A DNA stretch of 64,000 nucleotides from Candidatus Latescibacterota bacterium (GTDB lineage Bacteria > Latescibacterota > UBA2968 > UBA8231): the NCBI GenBank assembly GCA_963422735.1, contig OY730476.1, positions 3,872,001-3,936,000 on the forward strand. Direction: 5' to 3'. How positions within the stretch are numbered: position 1 is the first letter of the stretch; each line of letters starts with the position of its first letter. Below, in pieces: positions 1 to 10,421 of the stretch. The notes beneath the pieces are model-generated. The model was not told where the DNA came from and did not search any database. It was given only the letters and a program-made list of their open reading frames with translations. A program made the translations under genes and the position numbers.

Positions 1-846
1 TCCATTCTCGACGGCATCCGGGTCAACTCGCTGGCGGTCGAGCACTCCATCCCGCCGTTGGCCCAGCAGCTAATAGGGGAAATCTCCGCGCTGGAAACCC
101 CCCGCCCCTTGGGCAATAAGCCCCGAGTGCCAGCCGGCGCGCTCTCGACCTTTGCCTACGACATCCGCGCCGACATAAGCGAGACGGATGTGGGCTTTGA
201 CGCCATGGAAATTTTCACGCCCTCTAGGCCGCAGTTCAGGGAAATGTTCACAGGCGGTCCGCCCGTCGCCACTGCGCCCGACAGCGTCGTCGAGGGCGAG
301 CGGAGCCTGAAGCTGTTTTTTCCCAGCCAAAGGCTGACACACCAATCGCCGAGTGCTTTGCGCGTCGTCTTCGACTCCGAAGTTTTCGTCCAATCCACGT
401 TCTTTCGCGCCCGAGTCTTCGACACCCAAAGCGACGAGTCCCCACAGCAGGTCCTGCCCGGGGACGCCAACCCCACGGTCCTGACCAACGACTTGCGCGT
501 GCTGACCACGGCTGTTTCGGCGCGCAACCTACTCCCATTCTTTGCGGTGCAACCGACCATGGTGACGCCCAATGGCGACGGAGTCAACGAGCGCGTGCGC
601 ATTTCCTGTACCTTGGTCCAACTCCAGCAGCCCGTCCAGTTGGCCGTGCGGATTTTTTCGGTTGGAGGCCAGCGCGTGCGCACCTTGTTTACGGGCACAC
701 GCGGCAGCGGCTCTTTTGCTTGGGAATGGGATGGGCGCGACGACAGCGGTAACCCGGTTCCCGTGGGGCTCTATCTCGCCAAGGTGACCGCCGACGCCGA
801 GCGCGAGCGCTTTACGCGCCTCGGTGCGGTGGGCGTTGCCTACTAA
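1..846 (+). CDS. C-terminal part of a large protein with a FlgD Ig-like / PNGDG C-terminal domain (5' end outside window)
   Basis: Frame is open from base 1. Contains VTPNGDGVNE and WEWDGRDDSGNPVPVGLY and ends GVAY*. Paralogous to the C-termini of 860..3244 and 49750..52014. Confidence 0.85.
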   Translation, partial: SILDGIRVNSLAVEHSIPPLAQQLIGEISALETPRPLGNKPRVPAGALSTFAYDIRADISETDVGFDAMEIFTPSRPQFREMFTGGPPVATAPDSVVEGERSLKLFFPSQRLTHQSPSALRVVFDSEVFVQSTFFRARVFDTQSDESPQQVLPGDANPTVLTNDLRVLTTAVSARNLLPFFAVQPTMVTPNGDGVNERVRISCTLVQLQQPVQLAVRIFSVGGQRVRTLFTGTRGSGSFAWEWDGRDDSGNPVPVGLYLAKVTADAERERFTRLGAVGVAY

Positions 847-859
847 AAAAGGAGAGGCC

Positions 860-3244
860 ATGCAGCGCATTCGCTCGCACCAAACGTTCCTCCTATTTGC
901 GGGTTTGAGTTTGGCGGCGCTCGTGCTGGCGGCGTACGCCCAGACTCGGCGCACCGATTTAGAGGTGTACCGAGTGGATCGCCGAGCCCAGTGGAAGCAG
1001 TGGACCTTCCCAGCCGGTACGCTCGCATTTTCCCCAAACGGCTCGGTGACCCCTGTCAAATTCAAGGGCGTACACAATGCCGCGGCCAACGCCAGCGAAT
1101 TCACCCACAAACTAGTGAGCGGCCAAGAGATGCGCGGCGGTGCGTGGAAGGCCGGCACCAACCTCGCAACGGCCGGCCGGGTCATAGACGGCCGCGCCCA
1201 TACCTTCTGGCGACCCGACCCGGACGCTCCTTTAGAGGACTGGTGGATCGAGATCAACTTAGGCCGGGCTGTACTCGTGTCGGAGATTCGCCTCACTTTC
1301 CCCGATCAAGAGGGCGCACGGCCCTTCCGCGAATTCCGCGTCTTCGGCTCCGAGGGCCGCCGCGTGACGCGCCAAGACATATTCTCTTTTCACCTGATAG
1401 GCGGCACTACCAAGCCCATTGACGAGACCGAGGTGATTTACGACGTGAAGCCGCTGGTGCGGGAGGTGAAGCGGGTGCGGGAGGGCCGCGAGGGGGGTGC
1501 TGTGGACCCTACCTACGACTTGCTGCAATTCATAAGAATTTTGGTGGACTCCAAGACGCCGGATGCAGCGCTTGCCGAAGTGGAAGTGTACACGCTCGGG
1601 GAAAATACCGCCTTGCAGACCCTAAAGCGCGGCGGCGCAATTCAAGAGCGAGTGGGGCGGGGATTTGCTTTCAACATGGCCGACGGCAACGCCAATACCG
1701 ATTGGGGGGCACGGCGGGAGCGCGGCCAAGATCCCATTGCTTGGGACTGGGATTTAGGTGCGCTGTTTTGGGTGGATCGGATCGTGATGCGCACGTCGGA
1801 CTTTCTCCTCCGCACCCTGACGTACGGCTCCAACCTGCCCCAGATCCGCACCCACAGCTTGAGCGTTTCCAACGGTCGCCGCACCCTGACGGGCGAAGTC
1901 GATTTCGACCAACTCTTCATCGGCGACGCAGATGCCTTGCTCGCGTCCTCGACTGAGTTTCCCGGCCAATTGACGTATCTTTTTGAGCCGCGCCCCGTCC
2001 GCTTTATTGCCGCCGAATGGGTCGGCGGCGGCGGTGCGCAGTCTAGCTTCGAGTTCCAAAGCGGCTTTTTAATTGAAACGCTCGTGTTTGCAGTAGGCCA
2101 TGTGGCCCAAGTGGAGATGAGTTCGGACTTTATCGACTTGGGGAAAATCGCCGGCGACAATCGAGCTAAGGTAATCAAATCCCTGCACTGGGAAGCCGAT
2201 CTGCCACCGGGTGCTCGCGTTCAGGCGCGCACCCGCTCGGGCAATGCGCTGCAAGAAAATTTTCGCTACTTCCGCAAGGATGGCACCGAAGTAACGGCCG
2301 AGCAGTACGACCAGATGCCAAAGGCGCTGCGGGGCGAGATTCAGAGCACCATCGGTATTGGCGAGGACTGGAGCGAGTGGAGCAACTTTTACCAACGCTC
2401 CGGCGAGCAGTTCCTCTCCCCCAGCCCGCGCCGCTTCGTCCAAGTCCAGCTCATCCTCAGTTCAGACCGCCCGACCACCGCGCCGACCGTGCGCGCCTTG
2501 GAGATCGAATTTACCGACGCCTTCCTCGCCGGGGTCACTGGCGAGGTGCTGCCGCGCACAGCCGAAGCGGGCGTACCCCAGCTTTTCTCATTCCGCATCG
2601 CGCCGCAGCTAGAGTCGCGTAACCCCGGGTTTGATCGCATCCTCCTGCAAACCCCCTCGCCCGCCGACCCCGCCGTGCTCCTCCTCACCATAGACGGTGC
2701 TGAAGCCGAGCCGGCCGCGGTGCGCGTCGCGGGCGATTCGCTGCTCGTAGAGCTGCCACGCACCGTGCGGCGAGAGGAAGTCGCGTTGTCGTTCAGCGCG
2801 GTTGTAGAGCGCAACGCCACGCTCTTCCGGGCCTTTGTTGGCCACGAGCGGCAGCTAGCGGTCTGGCAGCCGGTTGATCCGGTGCGCCGCGCCGCCACGA
2901 CCGTCTATTTGCCCAGCGTCCCAGGGACTGACCAGCTGATCGCCAACCTCGCGGTCCAGTCGTTCATCAGCCCCAATGGGGACGGGATCGGCGACGCCGC
3001 GGAAATCCACTTTCACGTCCTGAAGACAGACGCGCCGGTCCAAGTGCAAATCTACACCTTCGACGGCCGGCTCGTCCGCGCCCTTGAGGGCCAGCGCCAG
3101 CCAGACCAGTCCTATCTCTACACTTGGACCGGCCAAGACCAGGACGAGCGCGTAGTCCCCCCCGGTTCGTATCTGTGCCGAGTGGAGGTGGAAGCCCAAG
3201 CCGGGGCCGCTAGCCGGCATCGCATCATCAGCGTGGCTTACTAG
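860..3244 (+). CDS. Large secreted protein with discoidin-like modules and a FlgD Ig-like C-terminal domain
   Basis: RBS aaggagag before ATG 860. Hydrophobic signal peptide, IDG..T.W..WWIEINLGR motif, ISPNGDGIGD, WTGQD...PPGSY, ends SVAY*. Confidence 0.85.
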   Translation: MQRIRSHQTFLLFAGLSLAALVLAAYAQTRRTDLEVYRVDRRAQWKQWTFPAGTLAFSPNGSVTPVKFKGVHNAAANASEFTHKLVSGQEMRGGAWKAGTNLATAGRVIDGRAHTFWRPDPDAPLEDWWIEINLGRAVLVSEIRLTFPDQEGARPFREFRVFGSEGRRVTRQDIFSFHLIGGTTKPIDETEVIYDVKPLVREVKRVREGREGGAVDPTYDLLQFIRILVDSKTPDAALAEVEVYTLGENTALQTLKRGGAIQERVGRGFAFNMADGNANTDWGARRERGQDPIAWDWDLGALFWVDRIVMRTSDFLLRTLTYGSNLPQIRTHSLSVSNGRRTLTGEVDFDQLFIGDADALLASSTEFPGQLTYLFEPRPVRFIAAEWVGGGGAQSSFEFQSGFLIETLVFAVGHVAQVEMSSDFIDLGKIAGDNRAKVIKSLHWEADLPPGARVQARTRSGNALQENFRYFRKDGTEVTAEQYDQMPKALRGEIQSTIGIGEDWSEWSNFYQRSGEQFLSPSPRRFVQVQLILSSDRPTTAPTVRALEIEFTDAFLAGVTGEVLPRTAEAGVPQLFSFRIAPQLESRNPGFDRILLQTPSPADPAVLLLTIDGAEAEPAAVRVAGDSLLVELPRTVRREEVALSFSAVVERNATLFRAFVGHERQLAVWQPVDPVRRAATTVYLPSVPGTDQLIANLAVQSFISPNGDGIGDAAEIHFHVLKTDAPVQVQIYTFDGRLVRALEGQRQPDQSYLYTWTGQDQDERVVPPGSYLCRVEVEAQAGAASRHRIISVAY

Positions 3245-3276
3245 CCCGCGACGTGTCGTAAGCGGCTATTTACTAA

Positions 3277-3402
3277 GAAGCGGTCTGCACGAGGACAGGC
3301 TTTAGGCGTGACAAACCCCTGTCGGCCACCCCGTTTGCACCGCCTAAAGTCGGCGTATATGCGCTCGCGCTCGGGGGGCACCCGAAATGTTCAGACAGCT
3401 TC
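3277..3402. mobile_element. Putative MITE with IS5-family-like terminal inverted repeats
   Basis: Arms gaagcggtctgcac / gttcagacagcttc (2 mismatches), flanked on both sides by TAA. Internal inverted repeat ctttaggcg (3300) / cgcctaaag (3341). Confidence 0.55.
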
Positions 3403-3474
3403 TAAGAGCAGAAATCCAAGATGGCTGCTGGAGGTACATCTTTATCCTAGTCGGCCAACCAACTCGAGGAAGAT

Positions 3475-4407
3475 ATGACGATGGCTAACGACATGTACGC
3501 GCATTGCTGTGCTCCGTTCAGGGCATTCCTCATAAGCCTCGCCCTAACCAGCCTCGCATCCGCCCACGTGGGCGTCACGGTCCCTTTCGTCGAAATGCCC
3601 GATCCCGCGGCGATGACCATAGATGGCGACGATGGCGACTGGGCCTTTTTTGACCCCCGTCTCGCGCTGGAGCGGGAAGGATTCTTCGACCGCGAATCAG
3701 ACCCCGTCGATGCAGCCGACTTCGACTTCACCATGTACACCGCTTGGAGTCCGCCCCCCGACAATAGCTGGTACGGCTTCGCCCGGATCCGCGACGATAC
3801 CCTCAAGATCGAAAACGAAGATCCGCTCAAGTGGTGGCGGGACGATACGCTGTCGATTACTGTGGATTCCGACCACTCCGGCGGCAGTATCTACGGGCAC
3901 ACCCGCGAGGAACTGGTCAACGGCCAACGCTACTACGCCCGGGTGCGGCCGTTGAAGCACCCGCGCCTGCCCCACGGCCAAGCCGGCTTTCTCGACCAGC
4001 ACCACGACCCTTTCTTGGAGGAGTTCCTGTGGGCGATGCACAAACCTCACTTCGACATCGCTTGGACGATGCGCCCGCCCGACGCAGCTAACGGTGCTTT
4101 GCACGTCGAATATACCTTTGAGTGGAAAGCGTCCTTGTGGGATGTGCTGGGGCCGAGCCCGGAGGAGAGCAAACGGCACGTTTTCGCGCCGGGGAAGACA
4201 CTGCACATAGGATTCCGGCTGCTCGACGCCGACCGCCCAGGGTCGGGGCGCAAGCACTCGATGTACATTCTAGGCGGCCATCAGCATCAGGACCGCAACG
4301 CCGACCGGATGCCCGATTTTCGCACCATTACCTTAGATGAGGCGCAAAACTGGCGTATGCCTATGGAGCAGGACGCGGAGCCACCGTCCTCCGCAGGCAG
4401 CGAGTGA
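3475..4407 (+). CDS. Secreted CBM9/DOMON-like sugar-binding protein
   Basis: Signal peptide, TIDGDDGDW motif, RIRDD...WWRDDTLSITVDSDHSGG typical of CBM9-like folds. RBS gagg. Confidence 0.6.
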   Translation: MTMANDMYAHCCAPFRAFLISLALTSLASAHVGVTVPFVEMPDPAAMTIDGDDGDWAFFDPRLALEREGFFDRESDPVDAADFDFTMYTAWSPPPDNSWYGFARIRDDTLKIENEDPLKWWRDDTLSITVDSDHSGGSIYGHTREELVNGQRYYARVRPLKHPRLPHGQAGFLDQHHDPFLEEFLWAMHKPHFDIAWTMRPPDAANGALHVEYTFEWKASLWDVLGPSPEESKRHVFAPGKTLHIGFRLLDADRPGSGRKHSMYILGGHQHQDRNADRMPDFRTITLDEAQNWRMPMEQDAEPPSSAGSE

Positions 4408-4437
4408 GATGCGCGGCATACTTAAAAAAGGAGCGAC

Positions 4438-5274
4438 TTGGCGATGATCATCGATACTCACACCCATTTCTACGATCCGTTCAGACCCGAGGGCGTGCCT
4501 TGGCCGGAAAAAGACGACGAACTTCTCTACCGGCGCGCGCTGCCCCAAGACTACAAGGCCCTAGCCATGCCCGAGGGGGTAACGGGCACGGTCATGGTCG
4601 AGTGCAGCCCTTGGGTCGAGGACAACCAGTGGGTTATCGACTTGGCCGCCGCCGATCCCTTCATCGTGGGATTGGTCGGGCACCTCGAGCCCGACGACCC
4701 AAATTTTGCCGTTCACTTGGAGCGCTTTGCCGCCGCCCCGGTCTTCCTCGGCATCCGCGCTCGCTTAGATACAATGGAAAGTCACGGCTTTGCCGCCGCT
4801 GAAATGCTGATAGCCAATGATCTGGAACTGGACACGGGTTTACACGAGGGCGTGCCCGCGCTGGCCGAGCGATTCCCCGATCTGCGCATCGTCGTCAACC
4901 ACATCGGCGGTATCCCCATCGACGGCGGCCCACCCGATCCGGCGCGGCTGGAATTGCTGCGCCAGGCCGCTGCCCATCCGCAGGTTTATTGCAAGGTGTC
5001 GGGGCTGATGGATTTGCGCAGCCAAGTCAAGCCAGCACCGACGGACTTGGGCTTTTACGCCCCGGTGCTCGACGCGCTATGGGATTTGTTCGGGGAGGAC
5101 CGGCTGATTTACGGCAGCGACTGGCCGGTATCCGACCGCAGTGGCCGCGAGTACGCACAGATACAGCACTTGGTGATGACTTATTTTACTGCGCGAGGCG
5201 AAGAAGCGACGGAAAAATACTTCTGGCGCAACGCCAAAGCCGCCTATAAGTGGATCGACCGCGCCGGCGCATAG
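4438..5274 (+). CDS. Amidohydrolase_2 family protein (sugar lactonase-like)
   Basis: IIDTHTHFYD, VVNHIG, CKVSGL, RLIYGSDWPV motifs. Start may be ATG 4444. Confidence 0.85.
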   Translation: MAMIIDTHTHFYDPFRPEGVPWPEKDDELLYRRALPQDYKALAMPEGVTGTVMVECSPWVEDNQWVIDLAAADPFIVGLVGHLEPDDPNFAVHLERFAAAPVFLGIRARLDTMESHGFAAAEMLIANDLELDTGLHEGVPALAERFPDLRIVVNHIGGIPIDGGPPDPARLELLRQAAAHPQVYCKVSGLMDLRSQVKPAPTDLGFYAPVLDALWDLFGEDRLIYGSDWPVSDRSGREYAQIQHLVMTYFTARGEEATEKYFWRNAKAAYKWIDRAGA

Positions 5275-5329
5275 CAATTGGGGAGACTCAACACAGCTCA
5301 GAAATTTTCGTCAGCAGTATCCGCTCTGT

Positions 5330-5930
5330 GGTGTCAGCACGATGCTCGTTATAGGCGATATAGAATCGGCTGTCGTTCGCGCCGAACGTGTAGCCTATTT
5401 GATCCACGTTGAACATAGGCTCGATCCAAGGATACCGCTGTGCATTTTGTTGCAGCGATCCGTGTCTGCACCAAAACTCATGGCTGAATTGAGGAAGAGC
5501 TTAGCGTTGTCGTCCAAGCTCAAGACGAGATCGCTGCCCACTGCCTGTTGCCCTAGCGGACCATTTTTCCCGATTACTAAGACACCAATAGATGAATTGA
5601 CCCCTAGATCCGCTTGAGGCGCAGGACACCGTCCCGGTTCGATGGGCGGTTCCGCACTGCGATCAGGCCGACACTGTTCTTGCCGATCTTCCCCGTTATT
5701 TTAGTGCCGACATCGGGATCGCTCATGCGACGACGGTAGAAGAGGTCCATCGCTGTGAATAGCTTTCGGACTTCGAGAGAGAAGGGCCTTTTCTCCTCTA
5801 GGAAGAGCTCAAACCTCGTCAGATTTATCTGGTTCTCGTCGGCTTCTATATGGGCGAAATCCGGATTGAAGGTGGCGTCTAAGGTGAGGTTGGAGGCAAC
5901 GCTGTATTTCAGTTCGAGCCCGAAATTACT
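5330..5930 (-). pseudogene. Remnant of a DUF5916-type outer-membrane protein gene
   Basis: Minus strand reads LKYSVASNLTLDATFNPDFAHIEADENQINLTRFELFLEEKRPF...LFYRRR...GTKITGKIG. No start codon; stops downstream. Confidence 0.65.
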
Positions 5931-6361
5931 GGACCATCCCCTAGTACACGACAGTAATGTAAGTTGTGGTGTAGCCCTGCTCTAGGTTTATTCGTCTACA
6001 GATTGGGTTAAACCCCCCGTCTTTGAGGCGGGATCGCTTTCAGCGAGTGGTTGGGTTGTGTTTCCAAGATGGCTTATGGTGAAGGCCGTCCTGCGAAATA
6101 TAAGATTGAATCCCACTTTGTGTGGGGCTATGGGCTGTTGCAAGGGGCCTTGGCTCTGCGAGTGCGGGGGGCCGCTCGGATCATGTACCTCTTTTGGTCT
6201 TGGCCTTTTGCGGTGCGCGGCTATTTTTGTGTGACCGCCGGTGAACCGACTGTATCTGGAGCATCATTTTGAGCCGTCGGCGGACGACGGGTTTGAAGTG
6301 GAACCTCAGCCAATCCGCCGACTTCGGGCGGCGGTCGTTGATTTCTTTACGAGAGGTTGCG

Positions 6362-6445
6362 ATGACAAATAAACTCCAAGATGCCTTTGAAAAGGCTTCA
6401 CGCCTGAGCGGAGAAGAGCAGGACGATATTGCCGCGGCCTTCTTG
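6362..6445 (+). pseudogene. Remnant of a small antitoxin-like gene
   Basis: RBS gagagg then MTNKLQDAFEKASRLSGEEQDDIAA, resembling the N-terminus of short TA-associated proteins. Similarity is lost afterwards. Confidence 0.35.
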
Positions 6446-6592
6446 GTAGTGGTAGATAACACTCTGGGACCAGAAGACCAGAGCAACCGCCGACTTCTGG
6501 GCGGAATTCTACCGTCTTCCCCAGTCCGTTCAAGCCCAAGCCGTAGTTGCCTATCGAAAGTGGCGAAGAAACCCTCAACAAAGAGGGCTTTT

Positions 6593-8875
6593 TTGTACAA
6601 GGCCATCGGCTGGATGGCTGTTGTACTGGGGCCGCTTTGCGGCCCGGCGGCGGCGCAAACGGCGGCTCGCGTTGAGGTGCCCATTTTTGAGGGCGGTGCG
6701 GGATTGGACTTTTTCTTTTTTGCCGCACGCGAGTACGAAAAAATCCGTCCCGATGTGCAGATTGATCTTTACGGCGATCCGCGTATCGCCGACAAGGTAC
6801 GGGTGCGGATCCTCGAAGGGACTTTTCCAGAAGTCAGCAACGCTGGTCTCAACTATTGGGCATTGATACGCAACGGCGAAATTCTGCCCCTCGACGACTA
6901 TCTGGACGGGCCGAGTTGGGACGGGGATCGGACGTGGCGCACATCCTTCCTGCCCGGTAGCCTCGACCGCTATGAGTACGAGGGAAAGATATACGGCATC
7001 CCCTTCCTCTATTCGGTTTACGCCGTCTGGTACAACAAGAACATGTTCGAAGAGCACGGCTGGGCACCGCCGCGCACGTGGGACGAGTTTTTCGCCCTCT
7101 GCGAGCAAATCCGCGCAGCAGAGATCTGGCCGTTGGCCTTTCAGGGGCGCTATCCAGGCTATATCGGCGGAGTGACTGACAACGCCTATTACCATCTCGC
7201 TGGCCGCGCTCGCTTCTACGAGCAGAAAGATCTAGTGCCGGGCAGTTTCGCCAATCCCGAATACGTGACGGCACTCGGGCTGATTCAGCGCACGGCGCAG
7301 GAGTACTTCCAGCCCGGTGCCCTCGGCATGAGCCACACCGAGTCGCAACTCGAATTTTTCTTAGGCCACACTGCGATGGTCTTTTGCGGCTCTTGGCTCA
7401 AGAGCGAGATGATGGGCAAAATCCCCGATGGCTTCCGCTTAGGGACGTTTAATTTGCCCATAGTGGAAGGGGGAGTCGGCGAACCCGGTGCCATATATAC
7501 TGGTGCCGGGTATTACTTTGTCTTCAAAAACAGCGCCCATCCCGAGTGGGGAGTGGATTTTTTGCGCTTTATGACCTCGCTCAAGATGGCGGGCACCTTT
7601 GCCGAGATGCGCGATGTTTTGGTGGCCGTCGATGGGGCGATGGAGGGGCGAACTAGCGAGGATTTGCAAGATTTGGTGACGCTGGCGCAGCAGGCTTCTA
7701 CGGCCTATGGCACCGCCCCGGGCGAGGGCTTCCCGGAGATGGACCAGTTTCTCAACGACGTGCGCTTCAAGATAGTCAATGGGCAGATAACGCCGGAAGA
7801 GGGCGCCAAGGAACTGGAGTCAGCGGCTGAGGCGGTGCGCAACCGCAGCCAGTACCCAGATCAGATCACCGTCCGCCACCTGTGGAAACCCGCGCTGCTC
7901 TTGGGCCTTTTGGCGCTGGCGATGGGCTATTGGTTGTACACGACGGTGCGGCAGTGGCGCGAAAGACAGGTCGGCCAAGCCCCCAGACCTACCAGCACTG
8001 TGCGCTTGAACTGGGCTGGGGTGATGTTCTTCGTCGGTCCGGCGGCGGCGTTCTACACGCTCTTCGTGGTGGTGCCTAGCATCAAGTCCTTCTTCTGGAG
8101 CGCGATGCGCTGGGACGGGCTGACGGAGATGGTCTTCGTTGGGCTGTTGCACTTCCAGCGGCTGCTCTTTGAGAACGATGAGTTCTGGATTGCGCTATCG
8201 AACAATCTCTTCATCATGTTCGTCATCCCGCTCTGCGTGTTGCCGCTGGCACTTTTTCTGGCGGTGTGCATCAGCCGCGAGGTCGTCGGGGCTAAGCTCT
8301 TCCGCATCGTCTTCTTCTTCCCCAATATCCTCGGCGGGGTCGCGGCAACTCTGCTGTGGATGCACCTGTACAATCCACAGGGCGGGCCGATCAACACGGT
8401 GTTGGTGGCCTTGGGATTGGAGGGGTTTGATGGATTTGCCTGGCTGGCGCAGGACAACCTCTACTCGGCACTGGTACCCATGTCGATCTGGGGGGCAGCC
8501 GGGTTCAACATGGTGCTGTTTCTGGCGGCGATGGAGAGCATTCCGCAGAGCATGTACGAGGCGGCTGATATCGATGGGGCCTCGACTTGGCGACAGTTTT
8601 GGTCGATTACCGTGCCGCTGATTTGGGAGGTGCTGTCGATAGCGATCGTGTTTATGATCATCGGCGGGATGAAGGCGTTTGAGGTGATTTGGCTGTTGAC
8701 CAATCAGCGGCCGACGACCGACAACCACGTGATTGGTACGCGGATGGTGCAGGCGATGTTTACCGAGTTCAAGGTGGGAGAGGCCACCGCGATTGCGGTG
8801 CTGCTCTTTTTGATCGTGTTCTTTGGCACTACCGCGACCTTGCGCGCAATGAAGCGCGAAGCTGTGGAGTTTTGA
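6593..8875 (+). CDS. Fused sugar ABC transporter substrate-binding protein and MalF-like permease
   Basis: Probable TTG start after agaggg, then a signal peptide, an SBP_bac_1 domain (YGIPF..WYNKNMF) and TM helices with the EAA motif (YEAADIDGAS). Confidence 0.85.
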   Translation: MYKAIGWMAVVLGPLCGPAAAQTAARVEVPIFEGGAGLDFFFFAAREYEKIRPDVQIDLYGDPRIADKVRVRILEGTFPEVSNAGLNYWALIRNGEILPLDDYLDGPSWDGDRTWRTSFLPGSLDRYEYEGKIYGIPFLYSVYAVWYNKNMFEEHGWAPPRTWDEFFALCEQIRAAEIWPLAFQGRYPGYIGGVTDNAYYHLAGRARFYEQKDLVPGSFANPEYVTALGLIQRTAQEYFQPGALGMSHTESQLEFFLGHTAMVFCGSWLKSEMMGKIPDGFRLGTFNLPIVEGGVGEPGAIYTGAGYYFVFKNSAHPEWGVDFLRFMTSLKMAGTFAEMRDVLVAVDGAMEGRTSEDLQDLVTLAQQASTAYGTAPGEGFPEMDQFLNDVRFKIVNGQITPEEGAKELESAAEAVRNRSQYPDQITVRHLWKPALLLGLLALAMGYWLYTTVRQWRERQVGQAPRPTSTVRLNWAGVMFFVGPAAAFYTLFVVVPSIKSFFWSAMRWDGLTEMVFVGLLHFQRLLFENDEFWIALSNNLFIMFVIPLCVLPLALFLAVCISREVVGAKLFRIVFFFPNILGGVAATLLWMHLYNPQGGPINTVLVALGLEGFDGFAWLAQDNLYSALVPMSIWGAAGFNMVLFLAAMESIPQSMYEAADIDGASTWRQFWSITVPLIWEVLSIAIVFMIIGGMKAFEVIWLLTNQRPTTDNHVIGTRMVQAMFTEFKVGEATAIAVLLFLIVFFGTTATLRAMKREAVEF

Positions 8876-8877
8876 AC

Positions 8878-9735
8878 ATGGCCGAGCAACGCAAATTTTC
8901 CTTCGCCAAACCTTTCGTCTATCTGGTGCTATGCGGCTATCTGACGGTTGTGGTCTATCCGATGCTGTGGCTGTTGTACACCTCGCTGAAGACGGACCGC
9001 GAAATTTTCCTCAACCCCTTCAGCCTACCCGAGCTCAATGCCTTGCAGTGGGTCAACTTTGCCAACGCTTGGACTAAGGGGCACTTCGGCGACTATTTCT
9101 TCAACAGCGTCTTTTTGACTGCCGCCACGGTGGCCTGTTCCATGCTGCTGGCGGCGATGGCGGCCTACGCGCTGGCGCGCTTTAGCTTCTTTGGGGTGCG
9201 GCCGCTGTTTTTCTACTTCTTGGCTGGGCTGATGATCCCATTGCAACTGTCTATTGTGCCGCTGTTTTTTCAGATGAAGGACTTTGGATTGCTCAACTCG
9301 CGGCTGGGTATCCTGATGGTCTATGTGGCCTTTGGGATGCCGTTTGCCATCTTTATCCTCACTGGGTTTTTTAAGTCGCTGCCCTCTGGGTTGCACGAGT
9401 CGGCGCTGATAGATGGGGCGGGGGAGTTTCGGGCGTTTTGGTCGATTATGCTGCCGTTGGCGCGGCCGGGGCTTATTACGGTAGGCATCTTCGCCTTTTT
9501 GGGGACTTGGAACGAGTTTTTCATGGCCTTTATGTTCCTGTCCGGGGAGGGGTCGCAGGCGTTGCGCACGCTGCCTTTGGGGCTGGCCAACATTACCATT
9601 GTCAGTCAGTATCGCAGCGATTGGGGCATGGCCTTTGCCGGGTTGGTGCTGATCATGGCCCCGACGATGCTGGTGTACGCTTTCTTGCAGCAATACTTGA
9701 CGAAGGGTATTACCGTTGGGGCGCTTAAGGGGTAG
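8878..9735 (+). CDS. Carbohydrate ABC transporter permease (MalG-like)
   Basis: ESALIDGAG EAA loop, WNEFF, TLPLGL, ends GALKG. Confidence 0.9.
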   Translation: MAEQRKFSFAKPFVYLVLCGYLTVVVYPMLWLLYTSLKTDREIFLNPFSLPELNALQWVNFANAWTKGHFGDYFFNSVFLTAATVACSMLLAAMAAYALARFSFFGVRPLFFYFLAGLMIPLQLSIVPLFFQMKDFGLLNSRLGILMVYVAFGMPFAIFILTGFFKSLPSGLHESALIDGAGEFRAFWSIMLPLARPGLITVGIFAFLGTWNEFFMAFMFLSGEGSQALRTLPLGLANITIVSQYRSDWGMAFAGLVLIMAPTMLVYAFLQQYLTKGITVGALKG

Positions 9736-10421
9736 GGTTGCATTGGCGGCGTGGTTGAGATGAAGGCTGTTGACGGTGACGCTTGCTTGGCTGACGGCGG
9801 GCGATTAGGTGGAGCCTATGCCTTTCCCTTGCAGTGGGAGCGGCAGACCGCCGCGTACATTGCCGAACCACATCAACTCTCCGTCCAGATCATCGAAGCC
9901 TTCCATGAAGTCGAGGTCGGCCGCCTTGGAACGAGAGTTAGCCCGCCGCTTGCGCTCCGATGGGGGGTCTTGAGGACTCGCTGTACCCCACATATGCGAG
10001 GGAACTGGTCCAAGCTAATGAAAGGACCGGACGACCTTGAACCTCAACCAAACATCTCTGTCTGATGCTGAGATGAGGCAACAGTTCGCCGCGTGTCTTG
10101 GCGCGATCTCGACGGCCGAGTGGAAGCGGTTAGTATTTTTGCCTTGGAATCAATTCATCACGGTAAGCCCGTCGTTTCCCTCGATTCGATCGGGATACGG
10201 GAACTGGCCGAATTTGACTAGCTGGTCGGCACCGTAGAAGAGATGGCCACCGAGATCGTGCGGATGAGTGCGGTGCCGACCTATTACAAAGAGACGTTGA
10301 GCCGAGTGGATGCCTATCGCCAACGCTACAATCGCCTGATCGCCTTCGACCGCTCGTTGCAAGACGCCATGGAAGAGCTACATAGAAAGTGGGAGCAAAA
10401 AAACTCTGAACGGGCCGCGAC

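Noticed and set aside
6269-6592. Long N-terminal extension of the ABC fusion
   Set aside because: The signal peptide begins near 6593. The upstream open frame includes an unrelated remnant.
9740-10420. Short ORFs between the ABC operon and the phosphatase
   Set aside because: Probably a degraded gene, but no family could be recognised.
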